From Octopus vulgaris (taxonomy: Eukaryota), in contig OX597820.1 of NCBI GenBank assembly GCA_951406725.2, forward strand, positions 44,826,001-44,890,000: a stretch of 64,000 bases of DNA, written 5' to 3'. Every line of letters starts with the position of its first letter. Within the stretch, counting starts at the first letter, position 1. Below the pieces are notes generated by a model. The model was not told the DNA's origin, did not search any database, and saw only the letters and a program-made list of their open reading frames with translations. A program made the translations under genes and the position numbers. Of the stretch, positions 13,033-25,100 are shown piece by piece.

Positions 13033-15024
13033 ATTTAAACTATCTTATATGGTATGAGGTACAGTGTGTGACCATACAGATTGAATTTCAAATTTGGAAA
13101 CATATTTGGAAATCTTTCCCAGAATGAAATGACTGATAAACTTTGGGCTGACCAATGCTTTGTGAGGGAATTTATTTGATGGAAATTTTGTGTGTATGTG
13201 TGTATTTGGCTTTGTGTTTGCCCCCAGTCACTGGACAATCAGACAATCGGTGTTGGTTTGTTTACCTGTAACTTAGCAGTTCAGCAGAAAGAGAAGAACA
13301 AAGTAGTACAAGACCTGAAATAAGTATTAAGTTCAATTTGTTCAATTAAAACCTTTAAAGATGGTGCTCCAGCATAGACACAGTCCAACGATTAAAACAT
13401 GTAAAAGAAGATATCTTTTATCTTTTATTTGTTTCAGTCATTAAACTGTGGCCATGCTGGGGCACCACCTTGAAGAATTTTTAGTTGAATGAATTTGACA
13501 CCAGTGCCTATTTTTAATTAAGCCTGGTGCTTATTCTATTGGCCTCTTTTTGCCAAACCACTAAGTTATGGGGTATATAAACACACCAACACTGGTTGTC
13601 AAGTGGTGGTGGTGGGACACACACACACACAAGAGGTTTCTTTCAATTTCCATCTAGCAAATTCACTCACAAGGTTTTGATCAGCCTGAGCCTATAGTAG
13701 AAAACACTTTCCCATTGTGCCACACAGTGAGGCTGAACCTGGAATCATATGGTTGGAAAGCAGATCAGCCTTCACACAAACAGTTAAGATTTAAAAAAAA
13801 AATATTGTGCATGCATCTGTTAACAGTTAATATTTAAAAAGATCTCAAATCTGTAAGTCCATTACACTGACTTCAGTACTTGATTAACACTTCCTTTTAA
13901 CAACTTTGTAAGGACAAAAGGCAAAGTTGAATTTGGACCCAGAACATAAAAAGTCAGAACAAATACTGCAAGGTATTTTGTCTGACACTTTAATGATCTG
14001 AACAATTCACCATCCTTTTACATACACACACACACATAAACAGTCACAAAAGTTATAAAATAACCATTAATGATTTGATTTGCCTTTCATCACTCCAGGG
14101 CTGCTAAGACAAAGTACTAATCAATTACTGGCATTGATATAATAAACTTCCAAAGTTTCAGGTGTCTGTACCTATGTTAGAAACTTATTATTATTACTAT
14201 TATTGTGTGCACTCATTTAACCTAAGATGTTTTAAGTGTTCTTTATGCACACACATACAGGAAGAGAGAGAGGAGGGGGGAGGTGTCAAAATGATGTTTA
14301 TGATTATGGAGTAAATGGTAATTGCCATTTAATATTGTTTAGCCCCTAGACAGTCCTGACCAAAAAGGTTCCAAGAAGTGACAATACCTTTATTTTGCTT
14401 CTCCAGATACAGTGTGTCCGATGTGTCCTTCCTTCTTTAAGACAGCTGAATTCATGATTTGCTGCAGATCTGGTAGCTATTTCTAACAGGTCAAGCAATA
14501 GCATAGAGGCTCTTCCTTCATTAGTCCAAGGGCAAAAATGTACTAGCGATAACTGACACCTAATTTATGGGAACCTATGATATCGGGGAAGAGGGTAATT
14601 TATTTTATTATAATGAATTTATTGTGTACAAAGTTCAAGTGCACCACAACAAACATAAAATCTATGTTGCAACCAGCATGGATAACCTTTTTTTGAGCAG
14701 GTCGCATGAGACACAGCTCATCATGAATCTGACTGCACTACTAACAAATTCAAGGTAATTTTTCGTTAGGTGTGCCATTCACAAAGTCCTGTGGGCTGCA
14801 GTTGGCCCATGACTGAGTTACATGCTTTTCTTCAATTTCCTGACTATAATCTTTTTTCTTCCTACTTCAGACACAAGATCCAAAATTTTGAAGAAGAGGA
14901 TAGTTAATTACATTGACCACAGTGCTCAACTTTTATCGACTTTGAATGGATTAATGGCGAATTTGAACTTGGTATTTAAAACTGAAAGAAAGGATACCAA
15001 GCATTTCATTGTGTGTGCTAACGA

Positions 15025-16635
15025 ATCAGCTATAGCTTTAGTTAAGCTATACACAAAAATTAACAAAGACCCAGAATGTGTAAGGAAAAAATTTATTTAG
15101 TTGAAAACATGAGAGCAACAGCCACCAGTCAACTCCTGCTTCGTGGAAGCCTGCTTAACTGGAAGTCAACTTTGCTGCAAACCAGCTCCTTAGCTAGCCC
15201 ACATCAAAGTTCCTGTCTACATTTTGTCTATCATAAATTCTTGGGCAGTGCCCTACATACAGCTTCCCCTGCCCAAAACAGTCGACTGTCATTGGAACTG
15301 GGAAGGCGTTTTAACTGCCCTGTCCATGTGTGTAGTTACTCGGCTCATTGGTGACTGTTCCTTACCAAAGGTTTGGTGTGATTTGCCAGGGGCAGTCCCT
15401 ATTTGGTGGTTGAGTTACTTGGATGGGGTTGTCAGTATTGAGATGGGCCAGTTTCAACCTATCAGTAGAAACTGTGTCTTGTCACCCACCAATCAGATGT
15501 TGGAATGATTTGTCTCCTGGACATATGACTTCATATGGGCCATCGTAGGGTGACTGGAGGGTTTTTGTTGTGACATGTTGAACGAACACAAAGTTAGCTG
15601 TGCAGAGGTCATTTGGTACAGATGATCTATGTGTACCATGTGTTGATATGGGAATAGGGTACAACTGGCCCACACTGTCTCAGTTGCACGAGGTACCTTT
15701 TGACATCTGGGTCTGACTTTGTGTTCGGAAGGAACTCTCCTGTAAGAGGAGTACCATACACTATTTCTGCAGAAGTGTTGAGATTTTCCTTTGGGGCAGT
15801 GCGGATTCCCAACATCACCCATGGAAGTCAATCAATCCAATTGGGCCAGTTAAGTCTGGTTGTCAGGGATTCCTTCAGGTGGCAGTGAAATCTCCCCACT
15901 AACCCATTGGCCTGTGGATGGTAGGCTATTGTGCGCTTCATTGTGATTCCAAAAAGGTTACACGTCATTCCACAGCTTTGAGGTGAATTGTGGACCCCGA
16001 TCAGATGAGATGCTATCTAGGACACTGAAACGGATAACCCAATTTGTGAAGGCTCGGCTGACTTCTTGTGTTTCTGTGCTGCAGAGAGGGATAGCCTCAG
16101 GCCAAAGTGTGTAGTGGTCTACCAAGTATGAGCAACCCTGTGAAGGTAGTAGGGGGCCGAAACGGGGTGGTAGGGATTGAAACGGACCTGTGATGGTTTC
16201 ATACAACGTACGAATATTTCATTAGATCTGAAGTTATTTTGCGTATATTAAATTGCGCCTCCGCCTACGCGAACCATAGCTCAGCCCTTTTCGACCAGAA
16301 TTGTGATAGCTTCAGAAATGTTGTATGATCGTTTGCTATGTTTCTTTGATTTTCTGTTTACTTCGATGTGCGAAGCGAAAGCTGTTGTTCTTCTGTGTAG
16401 TCATCAGTTATAGCTTTAGTTATACTATACACAAAAATTAACGAAGACCCAGAACGTGTAAGTGAAGGATTTATTTAGCTGAAAACATGAAGGCGACAGC
16501 CACCAGTCAACTCCGGCTTCGTAAGAGCCTGCTTGAATGGAAGGCAATTTCGCCGCAGACCAGCTCCTTAGCTAGTCCACAGCGAAGTTCCTGTCTACAG
16601 TTCGTCTGTCATAATTCTTTGCTCTGTACCCTACA
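15025..16635 (-). mobile_element. Internally deleted Ty3/Gypsy LTR retrotransposon: two ~235 bp LTRs plus integrase remnant
   Basis: Direct repeats at 15025-15257 and 16396-16635 (right copy TGTAG...CTACA); purine tract AGGGGAAG close to the 3' LTR on the minus strand; integrase peptides between the LTRs; no gag/RT or canonical PBS visible. Confidence 0.9.
15440..16160 (-). pseudogene. Gypsy integrase, frameshifted
   Basis: Peptides PLLPSQG.SYLVDHYTLWPEAIPL...SDRGPQFTSKLW (rve core), MLGIRTAPKENLNTSAEIVYG and LQSPYDGPYEVI (GPY/F module) lie in different frames. Confidence 0.9.
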
Positions 16636-18450
16636 CGGCCAGCATTGACGAATTCAGTTTTTTTAACGCAATGTATAAAAAGTATGTTGTAGTTGTATCT
16701 TGGTTAAGAAAAAGAGAAAAAAAAAGTAAACAAATGAAAAATAAAAGGCAAGCACACTTCCTCGATTATGTATCGTTACAGGGGACACAGGTGTTGCCCA
16801 CTAAAAGATTGAGGTAACTTAAAACACTGTATAACCGTAGGTGACCGCGTGACTGAGCCACCGGAACAAACAAGCATTCTTGTGAGTATCACTTAATAGT
16901 TTGGTGAGATGCGATATCAACAGAATAAAAACTTCTTTATCAGCAGCCAAGCTTCTCAAACATCTCAAATGTTAGAATTTGATTAATGCGTTGGCTGACA
17001 AAATGTGGTAAATCAGTGTTTTATTCCGCTGAGCTACGGATGTAGTAAACTGGTACAGAATTAACGAAGTATGACGGAGCATAAGGGAAGCTAACAGAGA
17101 CGTCCCATATAAGACATCTATCTCTAGGTCAGGAGTAAAGAATAAGTTCATTAGGTCTCTTTCCATCATCCTGGCCCCATGATATTTACCCTGGCAAGGG
17201 CGCCTTTAAGAAAATCTATCCTGCTATATCGAACGAAGTGAATTAATCGAGTAAGTTAATTGTAATTAAGGTAAGAGTTATCTCCCTTCACTCACAGATA
17301 TTCTTTATTTAACATTGACAGAAATAATTAGACAAGCAGGCTTTTCATTAAAAACAATGATTATCCATCCTATCATGTGTGTCGTAATATCTCGAGAGAA
17401 GCAGTGAACCTTAAACTGTTAGCAGAGCATATAAGATAATGTTAATGGTTTCTAACATTAGCACAAGGGTACAGGTTGGGGATTGGGGGATAAAGTCGAT
17501 TAAATCACCTTTAGTACCAGACTGCCAATTCATCGTTATTTTACCGTTTCCAGACAGATGAAAGATAAAAATGATCCGATCTGGATATGAACTCAGAAGA
17601 TTAATGAAAGCATTAAATATAGTCAAATATTTTGTCTAGTCATCAACTTCTGATTGTGATAATATATGCTCAGTTTAACACAATCATTTTCTTTCTGAAG
17701 TGGTCTCAGTTGGCTGCAAGCATTCAGAGCCAGATTTATCCAGTTCGAGGATATTTTCTCTCACCGATCTCAGAGGTCCCGAAATACTTCTTTTCTTTGT
17801 AACTTACTGACTGAAGGGTGGGGGAACAAATCGTATCCATTTTATCAATCCAGGCGCGATTTTAAGGAAGACGAACCCACCAGTATTTAAACTTAGAACA
17901 TAAAAGGACATTTCTTAATATCGGAAAGTATCGTCTCGTGCTCACCGTACCTTTCTATTATAGGCTTGAAAGTTTGTATGAAGCAGTATAGTCGATTATA
18001 TCGACTCTAGTGCTCAACTGGAACTTCTCTTATCGATTCCGAGAGGATGAAAGGCAAAGTGGACCTCGGTGGAATTTGAACTCAAAACGTAAGGACGTAC
18101 GAAAAGGTGCAAAACATTTTGTCCGACGCGCTAGAGATTCTGCCAGCTCACCATCTTCGCTTTAAGGATAATAATAATGGTTTCAAATTTTGGCACACGG
18201 ACATTAATTTTGGTGGAGGTGTTAAGTCGATTACATCGACCCTAGTAATCAACTGGTACTTATTTTATCGACTCCGAAACGGGAGGAAATGCCTCTAAGC
18301 ATTTCGCTCGGCGTGCTAACGTTTCTGCCAGCTCACCGTCTTGTTGTTGTTGATGATGATGATAAAAGATAAACAGGAAATGGAAACTAACTTCGTGGTG
18401 GCGAACCGAATTAACTATAAATTGGTATGTTAGGTCGGTGGGTGAGGATA
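16150..18450. promoter_or_regulatory. CpG-retaining domain, candidate hypomethylated promoter region
   Basis: CG dinucleotides are visibly frequent in unique DNA and in diverged repeats here and scarce in the flanks; promoter function is inferred only. Confidence 0.45.
17985..18340 (-). mobile_element. Two adjacent family B SINE fragments
   Basis: GGATGAAAGGCAAAGT.GACCTCGG.GGAATTTGAACTCA and GTCGATTACATCGAC blocks match 28146-28357. Confidence 0.8.
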
Positions 18451-19552
18451 GACCTTAACTTACAAAAGGAGTTAATGGTGTGTACAGCACTTATACCTGT
18501 TCACTGAGTGTTACAGTTGACAGCACAAAGGTGATAAACACATCCGTCTTATACAGAGAGAGGGGAGGGGAAAGAAACGGAGATGGTAGAGAGAGAGGAG
18601 GGAGATAAGGCGATAAACAATAAAGAAAAATAAAATAAAAGGAACTGAGGTTGAAAGGAAAAAGTAATTAAGACGAAAAAATATATATAAAGTAAAGGAA
18701 TGACTATCTTTAGCCCAAAAGATCTACTGACAGTGTCTCTTCAGTTCAGACACGTCAGCAAATCCTCCAATAAATAATTTTTGTGCCTTCATCGATTCTT
18801 TTTTTCTTTTTTTTAAAAAAAAAAGAAAGTTGTCGGGGGGGGGAAACTTTGCAGAAGGTATGGTTACAAGTTCCGGCAGGTCATGTAACAAAGTGTAATG
18901 ACTTCTTTGATCCATTATGGATTATGCTAGCTCTGAGAGACCACCAAATCTTTCCAGAGAACCACAATGAATGAGAGAAAGAAGGGTAAAAAAAAAAAAC
19001 AAAAATCAGTGTACTTTACATCATAACAGGTTACACACAAGCTACACCCACTGGAAACATCCATACACAAACCAACAAGGGAACTTCTACAACAGTATTT
19101 CTCAACCAGAGTCCAAAGAAGATTTTGTTAAAATTTATCTGCAATAAATTGGTTATACTTTACAATACACAAAATATCTTAACAAGTTTGCTCCCCTGCT
19201 TGCAATATATATCGGGTGCAGATTGCATCGGTAACCAGCTGGAGGAGAATTCTCCTGGGGTCAAAATGGTAGTAACATCAGTTCTTATGGAACAGCCATA
19301 TTGATGTGGCAATAAACATTACTTTTCAGTATAGTTACTATTCTTTTTACTCTTTTACTTGTTTCAGTCATTTGACTGCGGCCATGCTGGAGCACTGCCT
19401 TTAGTCGAACAAATCGACCCCAGGACTTATTCTTTGGAAGCCTAGTACTTATTGTATTGGTCTCTTTTGCTGAACTGCTAAGTTACAGGGACGTAAACAC
19501 AGCACCATTGGTTGTCAAGCGATGTTGGGGGGACAAACACAGACACACATAT

Positions 19553-19583
<31 letters not shown>

Positions 19584-20619
19584 AACAATTGCAGCGTGGA
19601 AGGTGTTTATAAGCCATTTAAGAAACACACAAAACCGTTAGATTCACTTCAACATATAAATTTAATTTGTCAAAATATTTTCGGCGCTTTGAGACCGTGA
19701 CCTGTTCACTGACAAAACTTCGTGCTGCAGCACAAAGTTTTTATTATGTGAACTACACTGGCCAAAAATTGTTCATAATTTTTACTACATGTAAATATCT
19801 TGTCAACTAATCAAACAAACCTGGTTAGACAGTACTATGCTGATATGGTCTCATAGTCCGAAACATGTGCAGAGTTGTCCTTTGCTTGAAAACAAAAATC
19901 AGACTGGCTCCTAAGTACATGAATTGACAATGAAAGATCAATTTTTGATTTTTTGAAATTATATCTTTTCCTTTTACTTTTTTTTTTTAAATGAACGACT
20001 ACAATAATTGTTTGATTTAGCTTTCTTTTTCTAATTAACAGGAAGATTTTTTAACATGTTATATTCAGTACATTGCACCTAAAATTATTTAGTACAGTTA
20101 TATTTTGTGATAAAAAAATAAGATGTCTATACTAATTAAAGAAAGGGTTCAGAGATCTTTCCTATTGGGTTACCAAAGTAGACAATCTTTGCTTCCTTTA
20201 CACACACACACACACAACACATATTTTATCAGCAAATCTGTAATCCAATACACTTTTTTGAGGGTGATAGTATTGTATTCTTGTCATATACGTGTCAATC
20301 TTCCATTGGTGAAAACAGATTGGGTTACATTTCACACAAACAGTAAAGTGATAACTTTGATTTTTAATGTACATATATTTTGTATTTACTACAAACAGCA
20401 GTTTTACTACGAATGGTTTAGTAGTTAGTCTGTTGGAGATATTATCATCAAGGACATGGGTTTCATTTCCAAATTGAGTGGCAAGTTGTGTTCTTGAGCA
20501 GGCTACTTCATTTCACATGGCTTCAATTCACTTGACTGAAAATGAGTAACATCATGACATCAATGGCCCTTGATGGCTGCAGCACATTGAATGGCGTTCA
20601 TACTTCAGTGACTGAATAT

Positions 20620-20847
20620 TTAACTCTTTCGTTACTGTATTTATTTTGAGATGCTCTGTGTTTCTTTCAATTACTTTAAATATGACAAAGAATTTAGTGA
20701 AATAACTTAGTTATCATTAAGCGAGTGTTAGGGACATAAATTGTGATTAAAGTCTGGTGGAAGGTTTTAATTCAAAACTTGTGAAGACAAGATATTTGTA
20801 CTCAGAGTGAAAGCCGGTTTCAGCTGGGTTGGTAACGAAAGGGTTAA
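20620..20847. mobile_element. piggyBac-like MITE, family F
   Basis: TTAA-CTCTTTCGTTAC...GTAACGAAAGGG-TTAA; related copies at 7731-7865, 52625-52803 and 60140-60358. Confidence 0.8.
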
Positions 20848-20936
20848 ATGAAAATTCTGTCTACGTTGACTAAACATTCATTGTACTAGTACATCATGTA
20901 CTAGTACTAAATACATGCCATCAAATATTGAAGACA

Positions 20937-21275
20937 ATAGCCAGTACTGCATTGACTGGCCTCCGTGCTGGTGGCACGTAACAAACACCATCTGATCGTG
21001 GCCGTGCCAGCCTTGCCTGGCCTGGCCTCTGTGCCGGTGGCACGTAAAAAACACCATCCGAGCGTGGCCGTTTGCCAGCCTCGTCTGGCACTTGTGTCGG
21101 TGGCACATAAAAAGCACCCACTACACTCACGGAGTGGTTGGCGTTAGGAAGGGCATCCAGCTGTAGAAACACTGCTAGATCTGACTGGCCTGGTGCAGCC
21201 TTTGGGCTTCCCAGACCCCAGTTGAACCGTCCAACCCATGCTAGCATAGAAAGCGGACGTTAAACGATGATGATG
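20937..21275 (+). mobile_element. Family D element with three internal GTGCCGGTGGCACGTAAAAA-like repeats
   Basis: Three tandem units at ~20965-21120, then the family D tail ending in CGATGATGATGA. Confidence 0.85.
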
Positions 21276-21841
21276 AATAAAAAAAGAACATTCTAGAACC
21301 TACAAAAAAGAGCAAGCAGAAAGGATAAACAGACTGAGTCAATAGGATAAGGTGTCATTGTTTATTGCACAGGTTTAGTGGAGTAAACAGTGGCACCACA
21401 GTAAAATTGTTTCATTGATTTATATAATCAAAGGTGTATCTATGCCCTCCCACCATCATTCATAAAAAATGGACAAGATTCAATTCATTCATCACCATCA
21501 TCCTTTTATGTCCATTTTCCATGCTGGCATGGATCCGACAGTTTGACAAGAACTGACAAATCAGAAGAATGTTCCAGTCTTTGGCATGGTTTCTACAGCT
21601 GGATGCCTCACACCCACTATTTTGAAATTGGGAAAATAAGACAATGTGAGAACAAAAATGAAAGGAAACAAGTAAAATAAGAAAATGAAATGGGAAAAAG
21701 AAAAAGACAAAAGAAATAAAGAGAGGAAAAGATAAAATGCTAACAAACTGGTATATATTGACAGAGGAGACAGAGAAGAAACAAAATCAAAGAGAGAGAG
21801 AGAGGGAGAGAGAGAGAGAGATTGACAGAAACAGTCTAGTC

Positions 21842-22148
21842 CAGAGCTGGCCAAACTGCGGCCTGCAAACTTTTATCTTGCAGCCCACTTAATACTTTCT
21901 TGAAATGGGTTTATTTAAACTAACATCTTTAAAATTTTATCAAAAATTAAAGATTGTAATGAAAAGTAAAAAAGAAAGATACTACTGTTTTAGCAGAGAT
22001 AGTATTTCATGTTGAATCAATGATCATTCATTCGTTATTGTAATATTAGTATGAGAAAGCAAAATGCTTTCAATTCTGTCAGTATACAAGTGGCCCTCAA
22101 AAAGCATTGTGATTAAAGTAGCCTGCAATGTAATTCAAGTTGGCCAGG
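21842..22148. mobile_element. hAT-like MITE
   Basis: CAGAGCTGGCCAA start and TTGGCCAGG end; 8-bp flanks GTCTAGTC / CTCTAGTC fit the NTCTAGNN-type hAT target. Confidence 0.6.
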
Positions 22149-25100
22149 CTCTAGTCAATAGACTTTTTTTTATGAATAATCATTAAAACAGCAAATGACT
22201 CTGATACTCAAGTGAAAAACTAAATGCATTTATTTCACTCCTAGCTGTTCTAAGTTCAAATGTTACCAGACTCAGTATAGCCATTCAATTATCCCAGCAT
22301 CAGTAACTTATGTACCAATAATATTTCAAAGTTGATTCTGTTAATTATATATATGCTTCCTCTACAAATATTAGCCTAAACCTGAAAATCGGTAGCAGTG
22401 GTCCAGTATTACAGCTTCTATAGTGATTCCATTCACATCTATGATGTATGACAGAAATGTAAATCAACTCTAGTGATTTCATCATTATTAGGTGTGTACA
22501 CCAAAAAATATATCCGATGAAAAACATACTGTCAAGGGAATACTGGCTGAAAGACAAGTTAGTCAAACAGCATGTCTGTTGAAAGACCAGTTGCTTGCAA
22601 ACATTAGTTGACAAGAATTCACTGGAAAATATATATACATATAGATATATATGTATATGTATATTCTGAAAATATATGCAAACCAAAGGATTTTTTAAAA
22701 TAAAATCTTACTGTGATTTTAAAAGAACAAATTATAAAATAAGATATGATAAAAATAATAATACCATACATATAAGAAATATTGCACAAGGCCAGCAATT
22801 TGGGGGAAGGGGTAAGTTGATTACATCAACTCTAGTACTCAACTGCTACTTATTTTATCAACCCTGATAGGATGAAAGGCAAAGTTAACCTCAGTGGAAT
22901 TTGAACTCAGATGCTTGCGTTAGAAAGAGCATCCAGCCATAGAAACCATGCCACAACAGACAATTGGAGTCTGGCTACCTTCTGACAAATCATCTAACCC
23001 ATGCCAGTATGGAAAATGGACATTAAACCATGATGATAATGATATAAAGACAGATGAAATACTGTTATGCATTTTCCCCTGGTGTGCTAATGATTTTTCA
23101 AGCTCGCCACCTTATTTATATGAAACATTTGTTAACCCACAGAGCTTAATAGAACTTCTTCTATAGGTCATATAACTAGTAAGTAGATTAGGACCAATCA
23201 GACTAATTTGCTTTCGTTATCCTGCTTGAAGATGCTCTTGCTGATTAGCCCCAAGTCAGCTCTGATTTAGTAGATCAATGATCAATTGTATTCCAACTTT
23301 CATTAGTTATGAGTACAGACATGACTGTATGGTTTAAGAATTTTACTTGCAACAAATAGGCTTCTGGTTCAAACATACAGCACAACACTTTGTACAAGAG
23401 CAAGTGTCTATCATCATAGCTTTGGGTCAACAAAACACTTGTGAGTGAAATTTGGTACATAGAAACTATATGGAAGCTTGTCAAAGACACTGTTCTTGTT
23501 TTTGGGTAGTTAGACTAAATCTTCCACCCAATTTAATACCACTACCTGGCCCCTGGGCACCTTTAACTGAGTCCTCTCTATAGCAAGAATTCTTGTTAGA
23601 TCTCTGATCTGAGAACATCCTCTTTCCAACCACTTGTCTCAGAAACTCTGAACAGGGGGATCATGGCTGCTGCTTTCCTTCCTCTAAGCAATATTTTTCA
23701 AAGTCCATTTTTCTTTTTCATTTAGAGGCATGGCTCTAAGGTTAAGAAGCATAATTTACAACCATGTGATTTCGAGTTCAGTTCCACTGTATGGCACCTT
23801 GGGCAAGTGCCTTCCACTATAACCCCAGCACAACGCCTTGTGAGTGAATCAGATAAATGGAAACTGTGTGGAAGCCAATCAGATGTGTGTGTGAGTGCAT
23901 TTCCTCACCACTATGTGAGAACAGGTGTTGGCTTGTTTACATCCCCATAACTTAATGATTCAATGATAGAATAAGTATCAGACTTTTAAAAAGTAAAGTA
24001 CTGGGGTTGATTTGTCCGACTATGCTCTTCAAGATTGTGCACCAGTATGACCACAGTTCAATGACTGAAACAAGTGAAAGATAAAAGAAGACGGAATGTA
24101 TCTCGCACTACACTATCAAACATTGTCCTATGTCTTTTTTTGTTTTTGTTTAAATCATTTGAACGCAGTATGGATTAATGCTAAAGATAATGAGTTATTG
24201 TTTTGAAAAATCTCTATTGCTGCTGCTGTTGCCACAACCACCACTGCTACCACCACCATCACGGTCTTCATGAGCTCTGTAATTAATGGTTTACTATTAC
24301 CAAAAATCTAATGCATCACCAACAGCACAAATGATGTTGTCACAATCATCATCATCATTGTCAATATGAACTCTTTCAGTAATAGCTTATTGTTTTGAAA
24401 AAATTGGTAGCACATCCATGGTAGCAGTATCATCATCATCAACATCAACATCATGAGCCCTATCACTAATGGCTTCACATTATCTCTTATCTGGATTATT
24501 AATTTTCTCTAGCTATCATATATTATTCTTTACATTATTTAATACAACGAAATCTGATCCTTCACAATAGTCACTATTACTACTTTGGACATCAAGTTTA
24601 GACAAACCACCTGGTACCCCAACCAACTCACCCACCCAACTACACAGTCTTCTTAACCATCCATGCTACTATCCACCAAAATGGTTCATCTTTTACCACT
24701 TTCTTTACATCATTCTCTAAACCTGCATGTCCAAGCATGAAGTTATCTCCTTGATGCAGACTGGATACAATTAACTAATGAAAACATCACCAACACCGGC
24801 ACAAATGACAATGAAGATTTATGTTGATGATGATAATGATAGCAATGATGATGATGATGACAACAATAGAGAAAAATTTAAATACCTGAAAAAAGATTAA
24901 TAAATAAAAGATAGTGCTCAGTTTCATAATCAGTTGTTGTAGTTGAGACACCACCAAGCATTACATTTTCAAGCTTGAACCAATGAGGAACCAACAATAT
25001 GCAATTACTTAATGTGGCAGAAATAGCAGAACAACTGAATCTCCCACAAATCTCACCCTAGCATCTTAAAAACAAAAGGGAAGGGAATACATTAGACAAT

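Noticed and set aside
18724-18915. ORF containing KLFIGG, an RNP2-like RRM motif
   Set aside because: A stop follows 12 codons later, there is no RNP1 and no convincing splice donor.
20965-21120. Repeat-spacer-like arrays here and at 24170-24490 and 30549-30657, considered as CRISPR
   Set aside because: Units are degenerate, spacers are related to one another or low-complexity, two of the three lie inside SINEs, and there are no cas genes in this eukaryotic context.
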